The notes beneath the pieces are model-generated. The model did no database searches. It was not told where the DNA came from and was given only the letters and a program-made list of their open reading frames with translations. A DNA stretch of 64,000 nt from a virus: positions 1-64,000 of the IMG/VR virus record IMGVR_UViG_3300040801_000976, one strand, 5' to 3'. Numbering within the stretch: the stretch's first letter is position 1; each line of letters starts with the position of its first letter. Shown here in pieces: positions 1 through 6,991 of the stretch. The position numbers and the translations under genes were made by a program.

Positions 1-63
1 AACATCGGCTATAAAATCATTGCCGTTTTCGTGCTTATCTAAAGCTTCGTTCTCTTTACTCAT
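1..63 (-). CDS. Partial cassette ORF (MSKENEALDKHENGNDFIADV...), runs off the window
   Basis: ATG at 63 inside the first attC loop; frame is open to position 1 through the R'' core. Confidence 0.6.
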   Translation of the reverse strand, partial: MSKENEALDKHENGNDFIADV

Positions 64-123
64 TTTGTTTATATTTTAAAAGTTCAGCGTATTTAATCGG
101 CAACGCTTCATAGCCGTAGTACG

Positions 124-333
124 TTAGCCACCATTTAAAACAGGCTCTTTGCAAGCTCGGTGGTTTTCTAAAATACTAATCGCTTCATTTAGTTCTTCAA
201 TAGCATCTAAGTCAGCATCTACATCAGGACAAGGTACGTCAATTTTACAGTTTCTTTTTATGAAGCTGTTTTTAATAAATGTCTTTTCAGCTTTTTCTCG
301 CTGTTCTTTCAATTGTTGAATAATTCTTTCCAT
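124..333 (-). CDS. Small hypothetical cassette protein (MERIIQQL...)
   Basis: ORF track 124..366 with probable ATG at 333; stop TAA lies in the R' core. Confidence 0.7.
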   Translation of the reverse strand: MERIIQQLKEQREKAEKTFIKNSFIKRNCKIDVPCPDVDADLDAIEELNEAISILENHRACKEPVLNGG

Positions 334-568
334 AATAAAAACGGTGGCTAACAAAGTATATAGCACATAGCCTGTCAGCCGTTTTTAAAACTATGTGCGG
401 TTATTAAATTATTTTTTATCTACTTAGGTCTGTGAGTGGCTACGTGCCATATACAAACCGTTGTGCTTCATTAAAATGCCACTTCGTTAAGCACAACACG
501 CAATAAAAATAATTGGCTTGTGCATCGTGCGAACGAAGTGCGTAATTGAAGGAATAAAAACAAAATCA

Positions 569-1126
569 CTACGCACGGTACTCTTTGTTTAAATATTGCC
601 CATCTACGTGCGAACGTATATTATCGTGTACGTGTCCAGCTTCCCAAATTATATCTTCTTCCCTTCCGTTCACAAATCGCTCCAACACTTCTTGTTTAGT
701 GTAAAGCTCGGCTTTATGTATGTCGCTTGTATAGCCGTTTGAGTTTTTACCCCACCACAGTACGCTGTTGCCCACATAGCCGTTTTGAATGTAAAAGTTG
801 CTGTTGTCTGGGAATCGCTCCATCGCTTTCCTACGCTTATCTATTCTCTTTCGCTCTCGGTTCATCATTTCAACCTGCCAACGTTTCTTTTCACTACCTT
901 CAAACATCACCTTGTCCATGCCCGCAGTCCTTCGCACCTTTAAATCTGTGAACTTTGGCTCATCATCATAAAGCGTTCATTCAAACGGCTCTGTTACTAA
1001 CGATTTAGCCTCGCCTGGGCTATCTGCATAAGTAACTGGTATTTCATCAATTCTATAACCTTCGTGTGGGTTGTCGCTTAACATACCCTCGTGCCATATT
1101 CTAAATGCTTTTTTAATTAATTCCAT
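569..1126 (-). pseudogene. 185-codon hypothetical gene with a single in-frame TGA (977-979), located inside an attC loop
   Basis: ATG at 1126 (MELIKKAFRIWHEG...) is in frame with track ORF 569..937; the only interruption is EPFE*TLY. Confidence 0.7.
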
Positions 1127-1229
1127 CGCTATATTTTGTTTTTATTTGTTCTCATATCAAGGTTTCTGCAAACTCGGATGAGCCAACTATTCTTATTGCC
1201 ATCCGTTAGCAACAAGGCTACCTATCGCC

Positions 1230-1406
1230 TCATATATCAGCTTCTTTATGATTATACATTAATTGCATCACCCAAGCATCTTCAAACTCATACATTCCAC
1301 AAGTTGTACACGCTTCATCCATTGTGTCGTAATAATTTATCTTTCCGTTTTCGTCCTTCATAAAGTCCATATTCCGAAGGTCTATAATTACAAATTGTCC
1401 TTTCAT
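1230..1406 (-). CDS. 58-aa hypothetical cassette protein (MKGQFVIIDLRNMDFMKDENG...)
   Basis: Translated by hand; fills the cassette body 1205-1439; AT-rich leader. Confidence 0.7.
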   Translation of the reverse strand: MKGQFVIIDLRNMDFMKDENGKINYYDTMDEACTTCGMYEFEDAWVMQLMYNHKEADI

Positions 1407-1520
1407 AATTTATAGTTTTAAAACCGCCCGGTTGCTAACAATGTGTATAGCAAATAAGCCAGTTAAGTTTATATTTCAATTTATAGTTTTGTGGTGGCTT
1501 ACTTGCCATACACTCGTCCG

Positions 1521-1739
1521 TTAGCGGTAATGCTTAAAAACCGCTATCACGATCAACCACATGGGTACGACTAATATAAATCCTGCCAACAAATAACTTT
1601 TACTTTCTAATCCATATTCGCTACCTAAGTAAGCTAATGAAAGTACGCACGTTGCAAATAAATACACAAAAAGCACTACCGCTAACAAACGGTATAAAAA
1701 ATGCCTTTCTTTGTCTGTAATTTTAATATTTATTTTCAT
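1521..1739 (-). CDS. Small two-TM membrane protein (cassette)
   Basis: ORF track; two hydrophobic segments; starts in the attC loop and stops in the R' TAA. Confidence 0.7.
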   Translation of the reverse strand: MKINIKITDKERHFLYRLLAVVLFVYLFATCVLSLAYLGSEYGLESKSYLLAGFILVVPMWLIVIAVFKHYR

Positions 1740-1821
1740 ATCTAAAGTATTTATAATTTGATAATTAAGTCCATTTAATACGGCACATTTTCATACCGCA
1801 GTACGTTAGGCGTAATGCAAT

Positions 1822-2028
1822 TTAATCAGTACGCCTTTCAATATTTATAGTTCCTTCAAATGCTCTGGCGTTTGCAATCGTTTCGGCTTCTTCATAACTA
1901 TCGCAGTCAGCTTCCCATTGTCCATTTATATACACTTGGTAGTAAGCACTACGCCTAACACCGTGTAATAAATCATTACTTGGTAATGGTTCTAAATCTT
2001 CTACGTTAAAATCAAATAAGTCTGTCAT
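1822..2028 (-). CDS. Small hypothetical cassette protein
   Basis: ORF track; starts in the attC loop and reads through R''. Confidence 0.7.
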   Translation of the reverse strand: MTDLFDFNVEDLEPLPSNDLLHGVRRSAYYQVYINGQWEADCDSYEEAETIANARAFEGTINIERRTD

Positions 2029-2078
2029 TTTAATATTATTTTAAGTTATTAATACGCAATGCTTAATACACTATTTCG

Positions 2079-2315
2079 TTAGCAACAATTTGCCCCACAA
2101 TCGCACTCTTGTCCATCAGGGTCGCTTAATGTTCGAGGTTCGCATCTTCCTGTATTGCCACATTTGGGGCAAACAGATTTGCTAACAAACGGTATATTTA
2201 ATGCTTGTAGTATCTTTTCATAGTAATCTGTCAAATTACAGTCCTACATTTGTAAACCTTTGTCATAAACTTCAAACAATAGCTTTTCAATCAATTTTCG
2301 TTTTTGCTTTGCCAT
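2079..2315 (-). pseudogene. 78-codon Cys-rich (CPKC...CDC) cassette gene with in-frame TAG at 2244-2246
   Basis: MAKQKRKLIEKLLFEVYDKGLQM*DCNLTDYYEKILQALNIPFVSKSVCPKCG...NCC; ends at the TAA in R'. Confidence 0.65.
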
Positions 2316-2377
2316 TTCAAATTATATTTTGTGGTTAATAATCGCACTAAACATACCGCCAACCGTTAGCGTCCAGT

Positions 2378-2644
2378 TTACTCCCATTTGGTTTCCCCTG
2401 TTTTCTTGTGCTTATATTGTATTCCATGCGGTGCGGTTTGTATTATCTCCCAATCAGGGTCGTAAACCGTATCGCCAACATGTTGTATAGGTAATAATTT
2501 TAAAAATAGTTCCTCCAATTCGGTAGCAACGCTCGGTGCATCGGGTGCATCCATTCCATCGCAATCTTCTCTTGGTATAGTTTTTACTACTTTGTAAATT
2601 TGTTCCCATACCTCGCTTCTTTGTATTCTGTTACTTTGTTCCAT
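2378..2644 (-). CDS. Small hypothetical cassette protein
   Basis: ORF track; starts in the attC loop and reads through R'' (LPIQHVGD). Confidence 0.7.
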   Translation of the reverse strand: MEQSNRIQRSEVWEQIYKVVKTIPREDCDGMDAPDAPSVATELEELFLKLLPIQHVGDTVYDPDWEIIQTAPHGIQYKHKKTGETKWE

Positions 2645-2655
2645 TTTATTAAGTT

Positions 2656-2900
2656 TTATCTGTTAATTATTTTTAAAATTATATACCCATACAGTTGATG
2701 CTCTTCATACCAACTACTTTCTCTTCCAGTATCAGGAAATATTACAGTATAGCTTTTTGTATTGTCTCCTCCGTATTGGTCTGCATAGCTTCCAACAACG
2801 ATAACATCTTTGTCATTTTCAAAATATTTCATCGTTGAACCCAAATCTTTAGCTATATGTACTAAATTTCCTTTTTTAAATTTTTGTTTTTTTTTTTCAT
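2656..2900 (-). pseudogene. Hypothetical gene frameshifted in an A11 run after the ATG, with its 3' end joined to the cassette array
   Basis: ATG at 2900 followed by 11 A; 9 or 12 A would restore MKK..QKFKKGNLVHIAKDLGSTMKYF in frame with ORF 2656..2844. Confidence 0.55.
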
Positions 2901-3025
2901 TTTATTCAAGGATAATAACACTAAATATTCTATTACTATAATGTTTAAATTATTAATTTATTTATATTATTTAAGTGGACGTGCCGGGCAATAGTTTATA
3001 ATTTGTTGAAATGAATTAAAATTCA

Positions 3026-3057
3026 TTTGGATATTTACAGGAAATGTAGTATATTTG
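3026..3057 (+). promoter_or_regulatory. Bacteroidota sigma-A type promoter for the homing endonuclease gene
   Basis: TTTG (3026-3029) - 20 bp - TATATTTG (3050-3057) fits the TTTG-N19-21-TAnnTTTG consensus; 27 bp before ATG 3085. Confidence 0.7.
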
Positions 3058-3084
3058 CAACTTATCCAAATAAATAATAACATT

Positions 3085-3504
3085 ATGAATATATCATATA
3101 TATCTGGATTTTTTGATGCTGATGGTTCTATAACTATGTGCCACAATTTAAAGAATGACAAATTTAAGACTATTAAAATAGATTTTACTAATATAGAATT
3201 AGAATTACTTAAATCCATACAATCTTATTTATTTGTAGAACATAATCTTAAGTTGTTTATATCTACAAAACCATCTAAAAGATCAGCACATTCTATTTCA
3301 TATAGTCTATCTTTATCAAGTAATCAAAAATGTATTACTTTATGTAAATTATTAAAGTCTAATCATCCAAAAAAATTACATAGAATAAATACTATAATTA
3401 AGTATCATGATAAAGTTACTAATAGAAATGGAAAATATACTGAACAACAAATTACGAGAAAGTTAGCTTATGAAAGGCTATTTTCCTCCACTAATTTTCA
3501 TTAG
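3085..3504 (+). CDS. Single-motif LAGLIDADG homing endonuclease, antisense within the intron
   Basis: N-terminal YISGFFDADGSI motif; 139 aa. Confidence 0.9.
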   Translation: MNISYISGFFDADGSITMCHNLKNDKFKTIKIDFTNIELELLKSIQSYLFVEHNLKLFISTKPSKRSAHSISYSLSLSSNQKCITLCKLLKSNHPKKLHRINTIIKYHDKVTNRNGKYTEQQITRKLAYERLFSSTNFH

Positions 3505-4581
3505 TGATCGGACTATATTATCATCCGTTCTGGATGTCACTCGCTATGGACTTACCGTAGTATTCCTAGTCTCTGAACCTGCTTACTTCTTCCAGTAAGA
3601 TTGGCTGCTGATTGGCATAGATTTTTTCTTTAGCTTCCCAGCAATTCAAGTGATTTTTTCATTGTATATTCCTATACAAGCGACCCTTATTTAAGTCGAA
3701 CCCGAGTCCAAACAATTTCCAACCCATTATAAAACAACCATTCTTTAGTGGGTTTTTCGGGGTTTCTACACAAATAGAGATAAACCCTTGTCTCGTATTA
3801 TTTGTTTTGCAGCTCTCCTTAGAATGGTTGTAAAATAATCAAGGCTATGCCACCTTTAAATGTACATAATTACTACGACAATGCAGGAATCGAACCTACC
3901 TTACAGACCTTCTCTATGCCGTACCTTGATTAAAACTAAACAATCTATTCCAAAACTAACTATAACACCTATTCTCTCAACTAAATGAGCTTAATCTATC
4001 ACCAAGTTCTTATGTTTATGGTATAGGCTTTAGGATACTTTCAATAATTAGAACTCTTGTAGATTCATTAGAGTTTTTTTAAAACATGCTTTTGAAGAAA
4101 TATTCGGCATTCTGATGATTCTCATACAATAGTTAATATACCATATGTAATTCCTCAATTTATTCTTCAGCCAGTGATATTATCCAGCATATTTTCCGTT
4201 AGCTATAAAACTCTTGTTAGAGTACAACGATTGACTAACATGATCATTGTTTAAAATAAAAGATAATCTGACTTAACAGCATTTACCAGATTGTACGCTT
4301 CAGACATAGTGAATTATCAACTATGCTTGTAGTATCTTTTATTTATTTTAATTGAGTTGACAGCGCATACCTAATAATTATAGCATCGCAACCGTTTAGG
4401 ATGAGTATGTGCAATATGGCTCAATGTTAGTAATTAATAGTAATAAGTATTGGATAGACCACTTAACCCAACTTTTAACGTCCTTTTATGAACTTGTACT
4501 TCTTACCATTAAATTACCCTTGTAGGATATTTCCTACTGCGTTAATATTTAAGCTATCGCTGACGTGGTTTGATTTCACGT

Positions 4582-4767
4582 TTAATAAATATCAATTTCA
4601 GTTGCATCACAATCAGAAGTAAATCTTCCATTACCTCTGTAGTTTAATTCTTTTTTAAAGATACTAATCCATAACCCTCTTTCATAATCAGTATCAAACT
4701 TAATTCTATTATTTTCAATACAGTTTATTATGATAGAGTTCTTTAAAACTTGGTAAAGGGTTAACAT
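4582..4767 (-). CDS. Hypothetical protein (possibly a frameshifted C-terminal part of the upstream gene)
   Basis: ORF track; overlaps 4715..5047 by 53 bp. Confidence 0.4.
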   Translation of the reverse strand: MLTLYQVLKNSIIINCIENNRIKFDTDYERGLWISIFKKELNYRGNGRFTSDCDATEIDIY

Positions 4768-5047
4768 TGAATTTCTTTAATACTTTTGAAATAGTATTAT
4801 TTTCATCTTGAAATTCAATGGATGTGTAAAGATGCATACCATAATGCTCATTTTGAGTTGTTTTGCTTATAATAAACAAGTTGTTGATTTGTTCTTGGGT
4901 TAAATTATATTCATTAGGATATTCTTTACTATAAGCAGACTCTTTCATCAGTTTGTAATGGTCAGATAATGTTTCTAGTTGTTGTATATGCTCATAATTA
5001 TTATTTATCAATGAAATTAGTTCTAATTCTTTTATAAATGCTTTCAT
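4715..5047 (-). CDS. Hypothetical protein (MKAFIKELEL...)
   Basis: ORF track; probable ATG at 5047 just downstream of the hammerhead cleavage site. Confidence 0.6.
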   Translation of the reverse strand: MKAFIKELELISLINNNYEHIQQLETLSDHYKLMKESAYSKEYPNEYNLTQEQINNLFIISKTTQNEHYGMHLYTSIEFQDENNTISKVLKKFNVNPLPSFKELYHNKLY

Positions 5048-5068
5048 GATTATGAATTTTAATTGTTT

Positions 5069-5165
5069 ATACCTGACTACTAAGTTTCTTTTACTATAGA
5101 TACACTTCATCGTGTAGAGCTACAAATCTTAGTAGTTTCGTCTATTAAAGACTCATCAGAGGTAT
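5069..5165 (-). ncRNA. Type I hammerhead ribozyme
   Basis: AUACCU-CUGAUGA-GUCU(uuaau)AGAC-GAAA-CUACUAAG...CUUAGUAG-UC^AGGUAU; complete core and three stems. Confidence 0.92.
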
Positions 5166-5689
5166 TTTAAAATAACCAACACCAATAGCTAATTGGAATG
5201 ATATTTATTGTCACCTGACACGCTGGCTTTACAACTCACAGATTGTAGCCCTAAGAGCTAGAACATATCATCAATCTTCTAAATTACAGTAGCTAACTGT
5301 TTGAGTAATTCTAAGTACTTTTTACATTGTGCAACAACTTAGATTCTATTTCAATAATTACTCTATTTATTTGATTTGTTGGTTATTTATACTTTAAAAA
5401 CAAAGCTACTTTGAGAAATATTAATTGCTTCTACTTCCCTTTATTACCAAATATGGTCTACATTGATTCTCTTACTCCATAGCTTTTAAAGTAGTCATTC
5501 TTTATGGTTCAATCAGCAATAAAGGCAGGTTACAAGCCTGATAATTCACAATTAATATCAACCAACATTTTCTCTCAACTCTCCAGTTGATTTATGATAG
5601 TTATAATGCAATAACCGCTTAGAAATAAATTTCCGCGCTCTTATTATTTGAAAACTTGATTAGTAGCTTTGTTGTTATTTATTTTTATA

Positions 5690-6167
5690 CTATAATAATG
5701 GTTTTGCTTGATGAATTAAATCATCGAATGTTTTAGAGAATTTATCTCTTAATTCTTGGGTTTTGAAAGTCAATACCCCCGAACAACCAGCCTCCTCCCC
5801 CAACCCTTTTTTTGTTATTATAAAAATAAATAATATATTTTATAGTACCATCTTCCCAATCAGGCTTCCAACCACCATTCCAAATATCTCTAAATTTAAT
5901 TAATTGCATTAAAGCTAAAAATGCTTCAGCGTATTCTATGGATGTTATTGTATTAATATCTATTCTTACATCTCCAATACATTCAATAATAGATCCATTT
6001 GAACTGGAATAATAACAAACCTCAGGTAAAAAAGGTAAACATTCTTCATTACTTAATACCAACGGTGTTTCTTTTTTCTTTTTAAAAGATATATTACCAT
6101 CAGATAAATTAGACTTATCTAAATCTATCCCCACACCATCAGATATTTCAAAATTTATGTGTTTCAT
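5690..6167 (-). pseudogene. Hypothetical gene with an apparent frameshift in the A/G runs near 5775-5815
   Basis: Track ORF ends in low-complexity KKRVGGGG; the alternative frame continues VLTFKTQELRDKFSKTFDDLIHQAKPLL to TAG at 5690. Confidence 0.55.
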
Positions 6168-6279
6168 AATTAAGTTTTAAATTGTTTTAGTTAGATTATA
6201 GTTCTTTATATTTAAAAATAACCAACACCAACTTGCTAAAGTCGGAATGATATTAATTGTCATCTCACCTTAATATAAG

Positions 6280-6486
6280 TTAGCAACAAGGCTTAGATTC
6301 AATCATCTTTAATCGCTCTATCTCTTCTTTTAACCTTCTCATCTCATGCTCTATCTCTGTAATTAGCATCACTGAGCCACCTGTATATCCTTCAAGTAAA
6401 TTATCATACAAGTTTTTTATTGGAGTTTCCAACCTTTTAGAAATTACATCTAAATTTTTAAATTTATCCATGTTTTTAAACCGCAT
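6280..6486 (-). CDS. Small coiled-coil hypothetical protein with a cassette-type 3' end
   Basis: ORF track; stop lies in GTTAGCAACAAGGCT (+ strand), identical to 1205-1219. Confidence 0.65.
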   Translation of the reverse strand: MRFKNMDKFKNLDVISKRLETPIKNLYDNLLEGYTGGSVMLITEIEHEMRRLKEEIERLKMIESKPCC

Positions 6487-6491
6487 TGTTT

Positions 6492-6597
6492 ATACCTAAC
6501 TACCAACCTTATTTCCCTATTTACTAAATAATCCATATGTTATTTAGTCAACTAGTTAGTAGTTTCGTCTTAATTTTCAAAGACTCATCAAAAGTAT
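6492..6597 (-). ncRNA. Second, degenerate type I hammerhead ribozyme
   Basis: AUACUU-UUGAUGA-GUCU..AGAC-GAAA-CUACUAAC...GUUGGUAG-UU-AGGUAU; C>U at core C3 and at the cleavage triplet. Confidence 0.75.
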
Positions 6598-6609
6598 TTT
6601 AAAATAATC

Positions 6610-6792
6610 CTAATACGTATTACCCTTCACATACTTAATAGCCTCATCTCTAAAACCAGCCTTAAACGGAGCCACAACTTGCTTACAAAAGGAACTCTCC
6701 TTAGCCTCATCAGTATCTCTTCTATCAAAATACCTCTTAGCCTAGTAAGTTCCATTAACATACTTACATCCCCACCACAAATTCTTATCCAT
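6610..6792 (-). pseudogene. 60-codon hypothetical gene with in-frame TAG at 6742-6744
   Basis: MDKNLWWGCKYVNGTY*AKRYFDRRDTDEAKESSFCKQVVAPFKAGFRDEAIKYVKGNTY; start overlaps the stop of 6785..6991. Confidence 0.65.
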
Positions 6793-6991
6793 AATAATGA
6801 TAATTAATTAAATAATAAAATATACTCCAAAACAACACAGCTAACAAACCATACACAAACTCTTTAGTAAAAGGTTCATAAATAGCTTTCACACTATATT
6901 TATTAAAACAACGTAACCAATGGTTAATCCATTGAAAGAAAAACAAAAAAGTAGTAAGTAAAGCTAATGTAAATGTAATAAAAAGTAACAT
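6785..6991 (-). CDS. Small two-TM membrane protein
   Basis: ORF track; hydrophobic. Confidence 0.6.
   Translation of the reverse strand: MLLFITFTLALLTTFLFFFQWINHWLRCFNKYSVKAIYEPFTKEFVYGLLAVLFWSIFYYLINYHYYG

Larger units (their letters stand above)
1..2700 (+). mobile_element. Array of 8 attC-like sites / gene cassettes (CALIN-like), continuing beyond the left window edge
   Basis: Alternating R''-type (..AAC) and R'-type (GTT..) cores with 15-20 bp imperfect inverted arms: <1-129, 346-466, 491-1211, 1433-1526, 1680-1811, 1953-2084, 2180-2371, 2473-2700. Each unit's start is complementary to its own R'' (e.g. GTTGTGCTT/AAGCACAAC, GTTAGCAAC/GTTGCTAAC, GTTAGCGGTA/TACCGCTAAC). Confidence 0.85.
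2989..3693 (-). mobile_element. Group I intron (705 nt) in the T-loop of the tmRNA-like domain
   Basis: P1 CGACU/GGUCG with U.G at the 5' splice site; P AAUUGCUGGGAA, Q AAUCAGCAGC, R GUUCAGAGACUA, S AUAUAGUCC; terminal omega-G at 2989. Confidence 0.9.
2975..3860 (-). ncRNA. tmRNA-like 3' domain (T-arm plus acceptor strand), interrupted by an intron; 5' end not located
   Basis: Spliced sequence TTGTTTGGAC-TCGGG-TTCGACT|CCCGG-CACGTCC-AC resembles Bacteroidota ssrA 3' ends; pseudoknot-like helices at 3721-3835. Confidence 0.6.

Noticed and set aside
727-1363. + strand ORFs 727..951 and 1136..1363 as classical-orientation cassette genes
   Set aside because: Atypical composition, and they overlap better-supported minus-strand genes.
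2228-2244. GGACTGTAATTTGACAG as the 5' piece of a permuted tmRNA
   Set aside because: Poor acceptor pairing, and it lies within a cassette ORF.
1-2700. CRISPR array
   Set aside because: The repeats are divergent inverted arms with variable spacing that enclose ORFs, not identical direct repeats.
5205-5227. Possible tmRNA 5' end (CAGCGTGTCAGGTGACAATA on minus)
   Set aside because: The first two bases do not pair with the acceptor 3' strand; it is 1.5 kb away and lies beyond a hammerhead cleavage site.
5524-5542. Twister-like GGTTACAAGCC loop
   Set aside because: Other twister elements and pseudoknot partners were not found, and it is on the strand opposite to local transcription.
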